A stretch of DNA of 40,492 bases from the NCBI GenBank assembly GCA_040143965.1, contig JASJQH010006913.1:1-40492 (forward strand), read 5' to 3'. A program made the position numbers and the translations under genes. Below, piece by piece: positions 1-12,623 of the stretch (position 1 is its first letter; each line of letters begins with the position of its first letter). A model generated the notes under the pieces. That model was not told the DNA's origin and made no database searches. It was given only the letters and a program-made list of their open reading frames with translations. Origin of the DNA: Basidiobolus ranarum (lineage: Eukaryota).

Positions 1-2
1 AA

Positions 3-1060
3 GTCAAGAAAGTTACTGTTACACCTACCGTAACTGTGGCTCAAGAAGTTGAGGATGAACTTAACATTCCTACAGTAGCTACCGCGCCAAAAGGCAAGAA
101 GGCAACTATTGCACTGGCCGTGACTTCAACGCCAAAAGGCAACAAAGTTACTGTTACACCTACTATAACTTCGACTCAACAAGTTGAAGATGAACTTACC
201 ATTTCTACAGTAGCTACAGTGCTAGAAGGTAAGAATGCAGCTATTGCTCCGACTGTGACTTCAACCCCAAAAGGCAAGAAGGTTACTGTTACACCTACTG
301 TTTCTTCGATTCACGAGGTTAAGAATGCACTTGTCATTTCTTCAACAGCTACATTACCAAAAGGCAAAAAAGAGACTATCACGCCTAATATGACTTCGGT
401 CCAAGAGGCTGAGGCTGACCACACCACTTCTACACTTGCTACAGTGCCAGAGATCAAGGAAACAACTATTGCACCTACTGTGACTTCAGTCCAAGAGGTT
501 GAAGCTGACCACACCACTGCTACAATGGCAACAATACCTGAAGTCAAGGAAATAGCTGTTACACCTAACGTACCTTCAGTCCAAGAAGTTGAGGATAGGC
601 ACACCACTTCTACAGTAACTACAGTGCCAGAAGCCGAGGAAGTAACCATTACACCAAGGATGGCTTCAGCTCAAGAGGTTGAGGATGATCATATCATCTC
701 TACAGTAGCTACAGTGTCAGAAGTCAAGGAAGCCTCTGACGTGACTTCAGTCCAAGAAGTTGCGGATAGGCACGCCACTTCTACAGTAACTATAGTGCCA
801 GAAGCCGAGGAAGTAACCATTACACCTAGGATGACTCCAACTCAAGAGGTTGACGCTGAGGCTGATCGCACCACTTCTACATTATCTACAGTGCCAGAAG
901 CCAAGGAAGTAACTATTGCACCTACTGTGACTTCAACTCAAGAAGTAGAGGATGACTACACCAATGCTACATTAGTGACAATACCAGAAACCAATGAGAT
1001 AGCTATTACACCCACTGTGCTTTCAATCCAAGAAGTTGAGGCTGAACACACTATTTCGGC
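3..1060 (+). repeat. Coding tandem repeat, ~87-nt (29-aa) unit QEVEDxHTTSTVATVPExKEVTIxPxVTS, with shorter TSTPKGKKVTVTPT variants
   Basis: About a dozen recurrences of CAAGAGGTT/CAAGAAGTT...ACCACTTCTACA...ACAGTGCCAGA, visible in both DNA and protein. Confidence 0.9.
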
Positions 1061-4000
1061 GAGTATTGGTGAGAATCATGTTGGTCAAAATCTTATTTTG
1101 GCTGAAGATCATGTTGTCGTGGAGAAAGTACCTACAGATCGTCTCTCTTCACCCAATGCAACTATTAACGATGCCAAGGTAACTGTGACTTCGAAAGATC
1201 GAGGCGCTATACTAGAGGCCGAATTACCCGTTGAAAATCTAGAATCAACTATCGATCTACATGATTATGACTCCCCAATAATAGAAGCTAATAAAGATAC
1301 CTCCGTAGATACTCCTCAGAAGTTATACGATATCTCGCAAATGGATAAAAATATCTCCTGCAATGAGGACAGATTTACTCCTTCGCCGATCCTTTTTGAG
1401 AGTGCACCTTTACGAACACCAGACACTAAAGATTTAACTTTATTGGAAACATCAAACGATCTGTCCATGAGTTTCGAGGCTCAAATATCCGACGATGAAG
1501 AAGCAGCTATTGTATTTCCAAGCTCTGGTAACCAAAGCATGATGTCATCTGTAGTTGAAACTCCTAAGCTAGAAAGCCTCAGTTTATTTGAAGGAGATGC
1601 GGAGAACTCCACATTTTCAGGAGCTGAACCCGATACTCGTGATGTGGTTGAAGATTCTGTAGGTGTACCCTATTCTCCCTTAGAAGAAATCCCGTTAACT
1701 TCCCCAACGCCTGTAACCGAGAGTATCCAGACTTCATCAGATCTAGAAAACAGGACTTTGGATGAACTAGAAGAAGCGTATATTTGTACGAGATTCCCTG
1801 AGCCCAAAATCTTTCACAAGGCGACCTATATTTTGGATAGATTATTTGCAATGGCGTTTAGTAGAGCATTTATCTCACCATTTGGCACAGCTCATCTTTA
1901 TGAACCACCGTTGGGAGGCCTGAATCTCACTATTATAGATCGAAAGCTTTGGCACGGTAAGTATAAAACATTTGAGGGATTCGTGGAAGATCTGAGAGAA
2001 GTGGCGGAGGCGGTTAAGCTGAACTATGATGATAAGGATGAGATTTATTTCATCTCCAAAGAGTTCATCAACTTTTTCGAAGACCTCGCATGGGAGCTAC
2101 GAAGCAATTCGTCAGAAACCCCGGAGAAGCAGGAAGTGGCACCGTTTTCAGAACAAGAATTGAAGATGATAAAGGGTTTAGAGTGTACCGAGGACAGTCC
2201 CTTTTATATTGTGAAGCTGGCAACTCTCGCAGAGGTGGTTCGTAGTAATCGTGGATTGTTGGAAAAGGAGACTTTCGCGGCGGTACATCACCCGTTTTTT
2301 GAAGATTTCGGAAGTACCCCAGATATACTTACGGGTACAACAGAGAATGCGCTGCCTACAGTCCTCCGCATCTTCATTTCGCATAATCGAACAGCACTAG
2401 AGTTGGCTAGAGACGAGCAAAACGGATTTCTTTTGGTTTTCACCAATGTTACCATGAGCAAAGTGGAGACTAAAGGACACATCCGGTTGCAAGCGGACTG
2501 CTTCGTGACGAAACCTATCGGGAAAAGGCATGACATCGAGGATGTAGAGATATTACAGTCCCTGGACTCGATGAAGTCTTGGATCAAGGTGGCAGTACTG
2601 AAGGCATTTAAATTTGATGCTGAGGTACCCAGTAGATTTCGTACTTATCACCTCAAGCCCTATCGACCTGTAAAATACGACCCAAGTACCATAGGTGAGC
2701 ATCCATTATCACAGATAATCATGGAAGCGAAAAACCATTGGGATCCAAACATCGTGAAAGAAAGACAGTTGGCGATGTCCGGAGATTCAAGAGAGTTCAC
2801 CCCGCAACCAAAGATGAAAGCACCAGTGAGAAAGCACCCAACAAGAACGAGAAGTGTCTCTACCACCAAGAAGAAAGCCAAGGTCAAAATGAATCTGACT
2901 AGCACACCCAAAAGAACTGATGAAGACTCCAAAATGGATGTCAGTACTCCAGAATCTCCTACTTTTAAAGGAAGTCTCCAAACACGCATTCGAACTGATG
3001 GAGATGATGCCTCTTCGGATGATCGTTTTCTGTTGCCGACTTTCCCTAAAGAAATCATGAAAAAAGAGATCGAGAGTCAGCTATCTTCTGAGGCGGAGGA
3101 TGTGAATATCGATATTGTTGGAATGGATGTTGATACAGAATTCCCAGATTTTGCCTCACGTAGTATCGCCAATCAAGCGCAAATTCGAAGTGAACTTACA
3201 GTTAGAATTGAACAAGTCTCTGATAGTATTTCAGACGATTCGCCTTTTCAATTGATAGAGCTCACTCAAAATGCTGTCGAGCCAACATCCAGTGAAAAAG
3301 AGTTTGCTCGCGAGTCCAACAGTGATTTCAGTACAAGGCAGCTACTCTCTGAGGCGAAAGTTTTATATTCCCGAATTAAGGAGACTGGTTTAAAGCTCGG
3401 TGTTCACTTTGAAAATAGAGAGAGTATAGAACAGCACTTGTCGCAACGCTATGTCGTTGGCCAATTTAAAAACGTTCACGTTAGTGCTAGTGATGTCAAT
3501 ATAGTAGTTCAGATTTACAAGGGTATCGGACGAGAGTTGATAGAGAGTCGGCTAATGGAACTTGCCTGCTTACTAAAGCTTCGAGGATTAAAACGAGTGG
3601 GAGAAATACTCAGTATTGTCGAAAGTGATGATGGTATCCCTACAGGGCTCACTATGAATCGCTATCAAAAAACTTTAAAGCAATATCTGCATATTCGTTA
3701 TAATATTTCGCCACAGCAGAAATACAAATTAATGCGCGATTTGATCGCTGCCGTTAAAGTATTACATGATCTAGGAATAGCACATCGAAACCTATCGGAG
3801 GAGAATATTATGGTAAATGAAATTGAAGGGATTTTTCTTAAAGACGGTACCCTTCGACCTAAAGTGTTCCTTATTGACTATGGAAAGGCGCGATTCACTC
3901 GAAGAGAAGACATTCAACGATGGTATTTATATCCATTAGCTCCTGAAGAAGAAAAGCTCTTACCCAGAATCACTTCAACCCCAGATCATGGCTACAAACG

Positions 4001-4442
4001 CTACAGGTAACTTTACATTTAGATCTCGCCAGCAATGAGCAGGAGTAACATTCCATTTCAAACTAGATCTATCAAAACCCTTCCAAGAAGCAAGAACGAT
4101 ATCGCTACCTTATCACACGACATCAACCCGTTCGCCGAAGACATCTACTCACTTGGGGTTCTATTATGGCGAATATTCACTCAGCAATGCCCTTTAGCAT
4201 GCGTCTTTGAAGACGATATTTTGGGCTTGCGTCAAATTGTTAGTGATGAGCACCGCCTCCGTACCGAGATCTGTAAGGCCATACCTGGTAGCAAGTGTCG
4301 TGAACTGTTGTTCGGATGTCTTGCTGTTAATGACGTAGATCGATGGAGCGTTGATGAGCTTTCCAAGTGGATTTGGAATCAGCAAAACAGAAAGCAATTA
4401 ATCTACGAGATCGAAAGAGATTTCAATGGCAAAGGCGTGTAA
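3..4442 (+). CDS. Large protein: N-terminal T/V/E tandem repeats, bromodomain-like region and C-terminal protein-kinase-like (probable pseudokinase) domain; 5'-truncated by the window edge; one intron at 4007-4066
   Basis: The frame is open from position 3, so the true start lies upstream. Intron GTAACT...CTAG (4007-4066) joins ...DHGYKRY R|SIKTLP... in frame. Bromodomain-like segment ~1810-2080 (LNLTIIDRKLWHGKY...FVEDL). Kinase motifs LHDLGIAHRNLSEENIMV, LIDYG, EDIYSLGVLLW. Confidence 0.85.
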
Positions 4443-4686
4443 AGATGAATGTTGGATGAATAGCGTATTTCTAATACTCCGTGACATCTTGTAAATTTAT
4501 TGATTCAGTTATTTTGTTTTGTACTCTCCACACTTAGTAGACATGTGAAGGCCAAGAATCATTGAATAAACATAGAGATTTGAGCTGTACAATATCAATC
4601 ATCTGCCAATACCCTCTCCACATCCATTTGTCACAGACTTTAGCCAACTAAAGGGCAATACTCCTAAATACCTAGTAGCATGCGGA

Positions 4687-6021
4687 TCAATGCTTCAATA
4701 ATACTGAGTTCTGTTCGTTTAGTGTTCGTTGTTTTAGATATATTTTACTTTTCAAATCTGGTATATAATTACAATGTTGGTATGCAATGTTCTCCATGCT
4801 TTTGTGTCTTTTTCTACGTCCCTCAGGCTTAAGATGCTCAAAGCATGACATCGGTTGAGGGCTGAACTATCACTTGAGGTTAAGCCTTCTCCGTATCTAT
4901 AGACTTCCCTTTGCCATTACTTTGCTTATTTGTCACTATCTCATGCTTGTTCATGGTTAATTAAAGACACTTACATATCGGATGAGGATTGAGAAACAAA
5001 CGAATCATTGGTATCTGTGCCTCCATCAGTGTGATTTTTTGGCATCTGTTCGTTCAAAAGGTCTGTCTCCACTTGAATAAAACTATGAGACCGGAAATAT
5101 AGAATATTAAGTAGAGTCGATAGTACCTTTGGTATCGACTCCTTTTTGTTCCACTACGCTATCTGTGCTCAGATTAAGCTGAATAACTGAAAGATCAAGT
5201 TGAGCGACATCTGGATCTTCTCTCCGACCTAGAAGAATGATACTTCAACGTTGGGAATCGTAACCAATTCTGACCGTGCCAGCATACCATGCTTTTTTCT
5301 TCTCTTTTTTTCCTTTTTCTCCGCATCCTTCAGTATCTTGATATCTCGTTTTTTGGACTCTGACCTGGACTTTCTATTCTCTTTACTCTTAAGGATACTG
5401 AGTAAGCTTCTAGGCAATCTAGATGATGAACGCTACTTACGGGGTTTGGTTGCTCCACTGGACCGGATATTGTTAGAAGTCGAGAAAATAGTTTAGTAGA
5501 GATTCTAGGACCTTTAGAGGATTTGGATTTTTTAGCCTTTCGGTCGGTCTTGGGTATTACGTTGGGTACGATTTTGTACATGTATTTTGTGTCACTGATC
5601 TCGTAAGATACTGGTACTTTATTCCTGTCGCTTCGAGGGATAGTTCGAACGTTTCTATATTCGGTAGTTTGTTTGGTTTTCTTCTTTTCTAAGTGAATGA
5701 ATATATAAAAGATAAATTTCTTCCCAGTCATGAAGTTTTCTCGCTTTTTACCTGAACATTTCCCCTTTTCCTGAAGATTTGAAGTACTTTCTAAGAATAG
5801 ATTCAGTGGTGGTTCTTGAAATTTAGGTGGTGCTTGAAATTTAGTTGGTGCTTGAATACTTTCTTCACGTACTTCGGTTTGACTTGGAACTACTTGATCA
5901 ATAGGGTATTAAAAAATAAAAAGAAAGGTATTCCATGATTAGCACTTGAAAACAGAACCAACTCAAAAACTCTTGTTATACTTTCAAGTTTAACCAATGG
6001 AATCTCATGGTTAGTTGACAT
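4687..6021 (-). CDS. Possible multi-exon orphan gene or decaying gene (Lys/Ser/Arg-rich, low complexity)
   Basis: ATG at 6021 (MSTNHEIPLVKLE), GT-AG-flanked open segments (VPSQTEVREESIQAPTKFQAPPKFQEPP...; EKKKTKQTTEYRN...), divergent from DAD2. I could not join all segments into one frame. Confidence 0.35.
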
Positions 6022-6143
6022 TATCAATCGTGGTTAAAGGTAAAGTTTCCGACTAGAAAGGAGAAAGGGGGGCTTGGAAAAAGCACAGAGGTTATGAAGA
6101 ATTTAAATGATGGACTGTTATATGATTTCCTAAAATCATGCAT

Positions 6144-6186
6144 CGATCACGATCACGATCATGGTTATGGTTATGGTCACCGTCAC
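6144..6186. repeat. Degenerate hexamer microsatellite (CGATCA)3(TGGTTA)2 TGGTCA CCGTCA in a divergent intergenic region
   Basis: Directly visible, upstream of DAD2. Confidence 0.7.
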
Positions 6187-6365
6187 AATTTACGAATCAG
6201 ATGAACCAGGAATTTAACATAAATTTAATTAACATTTGGAAGTATTTACTTTGATTTCTTTTGAACCAATCAACAATATTGTTTACTTGTAAGTGATCTC
6301 TTAATAATACTATTGTAGAGTATTAGGTACCCAGCTTAGGTTTCTTCACACTCACACTTTCGCCC

Positions 6366-6754
6366 ATGTCGAATTCTACAACCACCGCTTTACGTGCTCA
6401 AGTCGAGGAAAAGCAGATAGAGTATCAAAACCTACGATACATTTGTGATTTATCTCACAAGTTAGATTTACAATTCAAAGAACTCTGTTACCGCATGGAT
6501 GAAATGAATCGCGGATATACTGGTAAGATATATTGAGTTTCCATAGATTCCTTCCACCAGATAACCCTTCAACCATTATTTCATACCAGTGGTCGCACAA
6601 GTTATGAACAATTGGAAAGGAGTATTTCTAGCGGCGAATATGTCAGGTATGTAACTCTGGTATTGAAGAGTAGAAACTTCATTTAATATCTTCTTTTCTA
6701 GAGAACCAAGAAGACAGTGTCTCTCCCACCACTTTCGTAAAAATTCCTAATTAA
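6366..6754 (+). CDS. DAD2: DASH/Dam1 kinetochore complex subunit Dad2 (88 aa, 3 exons: 6366-6522, 6590-6646, 6702-6754)
   Basis: Spliced translation MSNSTTTALRAQVEEKQIEYQNLRYICDLSHKLDLQFKELCYRMDEMNRGYTVVAQVMNNWKGVFLAANMSENQEDSVSPTTFVKIPN matches the Dad2 pattern (EKxxExxxL...G...VA.V..NW..V..A..M...T.V.IP). Introns are canonical. Absent from the ORF track. Confidence 0.85.
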
Positions 6755-6806
6755 CTAGAATGTTTTGTATATAAAGTATTCAATTACCCAATGAGATTTA
6801 TTGAAT

Positions 6807-8553
6807 TTATCGAATACGAAGTCCATTTAACTTCAACCAAACGGCAATTGAACAAATTATCGCCATATAAGCGCTACATATAACGAATGAAAGTAGGGGT
6901 GAAGTGTAGAGGGTTTGAATGGAAATATTGATCAATCCTGTGAGTACATTTGCAATGAGAAATACCGTCAATCCATTCTGATTAAGACTATCAAGAAGGA
7001 AAGGAATCTCCGGGCTAAACACATTGGGATTTACGAACCTTTCGATGCACATGATAACCAGCAATAATGTTAGATTAAACGCCACTACCCAGAGGACATA
7101 TGGAAGATTCGCCTAATAAAATGGGTTAATGACTCCATCTGGTTAAACAAATCCGGTTACACTCATACCATTCGTCTAGAGACCTCGATCTCAAGGAACC
7201 CTCTAACGATATGAAATAAAGTCCACATCATCACTGCAGAGATTAAAAGTATCATCGGTTGCTTTTGGCGTTGCTTATATGTGGGAGGGTCCGGAAGAAC
7301 AACTACACCACTCTCCAGTCCAATCAAAAAGATCGACAAGTAACCTATAATAAGAATTTGGTCAGTTTGTTCGTCGATGATTCTCAAGGTGATAAATTCA
7401 TACCCAAGAAACTGAAAACTCCTTCTCTATTCATACTCAAGAGATCAATACGGGGTGCGTTAAGTATGTATTCCTCCACACCGTAATAAAGAGCAACCTG
7501 ATAAGCTATTTTGAAGGGTTAATTCTTCATTCAGATCAATGTTACCAGTTTTTCTTACCAATGATGATCAGTGGACCAGCAAAACGAGCTCCTTTCGCCA
7601 ATCCTCTACTCAATGTCACAAAGATAGGCAAAAATCCCAGAGTGATGAAGAAATTCCAATGAACTCCATACTCAGTCACATGTTCCTTAAAACAAGGTTG
7701 AATAGGTTTTCTTTGAATGAGTTACAAAGAGAGATCAACAAATTACCTGATACTCGATTCCTTTAACCATCAATAATCTTGCAAAGCCCAGAACTAAGAG
7801 TGGGAAAGCACTCTTAAAGGAATTTAACATCTCCTTAAAGAAAGAGACCTCTTTAGTGGAAATATTGGGAAGGTAATTCTTAGCAGCTACAACGCCAGCT
7901 GAAAAAACGAAGGAACCAACTCCAAGATCCATCTAAAAACATCTCGTTAGTCAACCAGCAGATGGTACAGTATAAGGAATAAACAAACTCCTCACCAATG
8001 AAGTTCCATAGGTTTCTACTTTAGCAAAACGTCTAGGAAATATAGGGAAATCTACCGCTAGAATTGCGATACAAGTAAGGAGCATCATCAAAGCACGGTA
8101 AACACTGATATATGATTTGCGAGTGATCTTGTTAGGGGAGATACTTTTTTTATACATTTCTTCGGAGACTTGAGAGTTTTCAAGAGGGGCTTTCTCTCCT
8201 CGAAGTTTAAAATACACTCCCAAACTAGTAAGTAAAAGTCCCGGTGCAAGAAATTTATTGTACTCGGTAAAGGTTTGGGAACTCAGAGAAATCAAGGCAA
8301 GAAGCGTAAATTCCCAGCCGAAGCGTTTTACTAACGAGGTACCATTATTGGGAAAACCATAACTTTGACAGCAAGCCCATAAAAAGAATCCACACTACAT
8401 GAATTTGGTTTAGAATGAAATAAATAACTCGTCATTCAACTAATAAGTACTTACCAAGTTAACAAAGATAACCACGTTTATTTCCGAAATGGAAGAGCCG
8501 GTTTGACCTGTCACCCATTGAATCTTGGCCTCTCGATAGTCTTCAAGAGTCAT
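6807..8553 (-). CDS. GWT1: GPI inositol acyltransferase Gwt1/PIG-W (about 6 introns)
   Basis: N-terminus [25 protein letters not shown]; motifs [86 protein letters not shown]. Confidence 0.95.
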
Positions 8554-8968
8554 TTTTGAATTGGAAGCAATAGACCCGAATTACCGAGATAGCGGTAGTA
8601 TTTGTTGTTCTTGGCACATATATTGGCCTGAATTATTCACCAATAAATGAAAGATTCAAATTTGATGAACGGATTTTGGAAATCCGATCGGGAGATTCGA
8701 ATTCCGCGAGTGTGTAATCCATAAAACAACTTCAACATGTAATGGTGGCAAATAAAATTTTAATTGTTATAGCATAACTCATGTTCTTAAACGTCGAGAG
8801 TTTTGGAAAGGGTGGGAATCTCAAGTACATACGGATTCACAACGGAACGAAGGGTAAGGGTTAAGGATAGGGTGAGGAGTAGAGGAAAGGGGAAGGGGGG
8901 AAGGGGGGAAGAAGCGATATCTCAGCTTAACAAATAATAGTAAATTATGTTTGGAATTCTTCGTAAAA

Positions 8969-11812
8969 TTATTCATTTGATTCCTCTAACACAGTCTTAA
9001 AGCAGAAAGGCTCAAATGCTACACCAGTACCTCCATAGAACTTGCCATTGAACTCAACCCAGTGCAAACGAAGGGCATGTAAAAAGGCGGAAAGTCCTTC
9101 CATACAGAGAAGAATACTGACTGTGAGCGTAAACCATATTGCGAACCCAAATGTCATACTGATGGGAAGGAAGGATGCAGGTAACATATATGATGGTACC
9201 ATGGTCATATCCCAAAGAACTTCAGATAATTGAGCATGTGCTAATGAAAGGGCCCACAGACGCAAGTAAGATGCGGTGTTGGAAATACAGTTAAGGCAAA
9301 ACTCGATGGTGTGGATGGCTTGATTAATCATAATCTCTGCAAAGTCATAGGTATCATGACCGTCTTTGTCACCATCGTCATTGGCGTCAGTTTCATCGTC
9401 ATTTCCTTGCACAGGGGTATATCCAGCCTCAACAATCTTATCATGTTCTTTTTTCAAGATGTAGGGCTTGGTGAGAAGCATCCAGGGAACGCAGACAAGT
9501 GCAACTGAGATAAGGAATAATTGAAGTGGGCCTTGTCCTCGGAAGAGTTGGTCTTTAGGTTCAACATTTCCTGGGCTCAAGAACATATAAATCAGCATAT
9601 TCAAGAGACTTGGTGGACTGTCGTATAGAGAGACTCCATTAGCATCGGTGGCAAACCAATCGATACTCCATTTGTAGATGATGGTAATGACAAGGTAACC
9701 GAAAATTGACTCGATGAAAAGAATCTGAGGTACAAACTCGGCCCAGATGCTGTATTCCTTCTTGAAGTGCTTATAATTGAAAACAGTCAAAACGATACCA
9801 AGAGTCATCTGGAAAATACCGAAAATGATGGACATCTTCATCTTGTAAGAGTTGGTGAAGATCAATAAGTTATCGGTACCATGCCATGCAGGATCCAATC
9901 CAAATGGATAGACTCCAACTTGGGTAGCTTGAGTGACTTGGCCTGCTACAGGGTCAGGGAACTTCCATCCCGATTGGAACAGCGAGAGACTTTGGGAGAA
10001 TATATCATTGTAGATCAAACCGGTAAACATGGAGAATAGTCCCATAAGGAGAATAAGATAGCGACCACCGTATACCATGCCAAACATCTCACCACCAGCC
10101 AATGACTTGAGTTTCTTCTCATTAATACAAAGGTAAAGGGCAATGCAAGTCATGATCAGGCCATGCCCAAGATCACCGAACATAACAGCAAACAAGAAGG
10201 GGAATGTGATGATAGTAAAGAGGCCAGGGTTGACTTCTTTGTATTTCGCGACGCCATAAACATCAACAATGCTTTGGAAGCCTTCAGTGAATCTGTTGGT
10301 GCGATGGTAAGTGGGTGGCTCTCTAGTAGTGTGTAACTCGGTAAGAACCGAACCAACATTACCACCAGATTGAGAGGGATCAGCACGCAGCGTTTCCTGA
10401 ATCTCATCCATAGAAATGCTTGGGCACCATCCTTCAGCAATAAGGCACTTTCTATTGGCATCATAGATGAATCTGTTCATGGTGTCGTAAACAGCCTTTT
10501 CTTTCTTCACAATGGTCATCCAAGTGGCCAAATTCTCTGCAACCTTAATCAACTCTGCGCGACGAGTTTGGTTGATATTGAAAAGTACCTGAAAGAAACC
10601 ACAAGAACGGTTAGGCGATAAAACATGTGAATCTCCAAGTAATGAAATCTTACATTGTTCAAGTCTTCAATTTTGTTGGCTACATCAAGGGCACGAGCAC
10701 GTCTATCTTCTGGATTTTCCTCAATGCTGTAAAGGGTTGCACCCATAGATTCTGAAACTCTACGAATCTTGTTCAGGATTTCTTGGCCATGGGCGAAGAT
10801 AATGAAGACATTTTTCTCGATAGAATCTTCAGTCTCAGGGTCGATCAATGGATCTTGAATTTCTGCGTAATTCATATAGAGATTACCACGCAGGGCTCTC
10901 CACAGAATTCGCTCGAAAACATTGATTTTACTTCTAGAAATTACACCAGCTACGAAGCTAATATCCGCGATGTTAATTAATGTAAGCAGCACAATAGTTG
11001 TGTTGTTAAGAGTGTACATACCCAACGTTAAGATGTTGAAGTTCACCAGCAGGACCGGCCTCAACATCAGGTTGAATCAAAGATGTAGATTCATCGACTG
11101 AATTACGACGAATTTGCTCAACATGGTCTTCTCCCTAATGGATGATAAAAAGAATGAACGTTAGTTGGATTACCGCAGTTAATTAGAAATTCATTGCACC
11201 ATACCTCACGGAAAAAGCGATTGGTCTGCTGGACTATGTGTTTAATTTCCACCAACTCCATTAATCTTTTTTGTAGAGTTTCGTGAGAACTATTCATTTG
11301 AAGAACACGACTTTCTTGTTGGAGTACGGTCTCCTCCAAATCAACTATTTCTTGAGGGGCTCTAGGTCTTGCAAGGTACTTTCCGGAAGCTGGAGGTTGG
11401 ATAGGAAGTTGTAATTTCTCACATTGATTAGACAAAAAACCTATATCCTTGTGTTAGTAAGGTTCTTTTGGGTAGAATAAACACTTGTGAAGAAACATAC
11501 GAAGTTTTCTCTCGATCTCATCCAATTTCCTAATCTCTTTAACGAAGGCACGTTGGAAAGTGGTGGTATCGGAGTTTAACTGAGGGAGGAGAGAAAATAA
11601 ATTTAATACATATTCGTTACTCTATGAATCATGCCTATATTGAAATGGCTTCATACATCTCTGAATTGAATAGCTCCAAGTTCTCCAAGGCGGGAAACGG
11701 TACTTTGAGCTACTTCAGCAGGGATGAAAAGTTGCACGAGGGACATGTCCTCTGAGCGGAATAGTGTAGAGGGCGTTCTCGGCGCCACTCTACTATAGAT
11801 GGGTGAAGTCAT
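8969..11812 (-). CDS. VPH1: V-type H+-ATPase V0 subunit a (Vph1/Stv1 family), paralog A; 6 exons, ~835 aa
   Basis: Motifs [83 protein letters not shown]. Introns 11580-11656, 11441-11500, 11135-11204, 10958-11021, 10589-10653. Last exon is 1620 nt. Confidence 0.97.
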
Positions 11813-12623
11813 GGGTACTTTACGTGGATAAGCGTTACTCTTTAGACGGAATGTAGGGTCGTGTTAAATTGATGTCGAGAAATAATATTCAATAATATAT
11901 TGAATCACAAATTATCACAAGTAGGATATGTGTAAAGGGGTGAACTTGTAGTTTGTTGCAGACGAAGATTTAAACGATGGAGGAAGAAATGGATAAAAAT
12001 GAAGACTGACATGGGTTCAAGATTCAGGGTCATCACTATATTAGCTTTTAATGAGCATTACGATAAGTGAATCATTTTTTGTATTGCTATTGTTCCACAT
12101 AGCTAGATTCCAACCATTTTTCTAATCTGAGTGAATTGTTGTAATTATTGCTGTTCTCGTGGTAACAACTACGATTGCGTGAATTTATCCAATCAGCTGA
12201 AGTACAGAAATCATGTTACACTGACCAATATGAGAGCACCTACTGAATTGGGCTGTTGAACATTGACAACAGTAGAATGACGAAAGAAGCTGAGTGGATT
12301 ATTCCGATCTGATCCATCTTTGGTATCTTTGTCATTCTTTCACTTATTGTGGACTGCGGCGATTAATCGATTCACGATTAATTAGATTTATATGGTGAAT
12401 GCAGCGGTGGATGGCTTAGCTCAAGTCCATTTCTTATTGATGGCAATCAGAACATGCTCTCCTGATGAGGCCAGCTCCAATCGCCAATGATAAAGAAACG
12501 GTTCAACCGTTTGAATTTTATTTATTAGCTTCGAAGTAAATAATAAATAACTCATTGTAAGTAAACAGGTTTGAGTAAGGGGGCCAAGCTTATCTATCTA
12601 TCTTGGGTGGAAATATTGCCTAT

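Noticed and set aside
8852-8873. Telomere-like TAAGGG/TAGGG units
   Set aside because: Only 2-3 imperfect units; not an interstitial telomere array.
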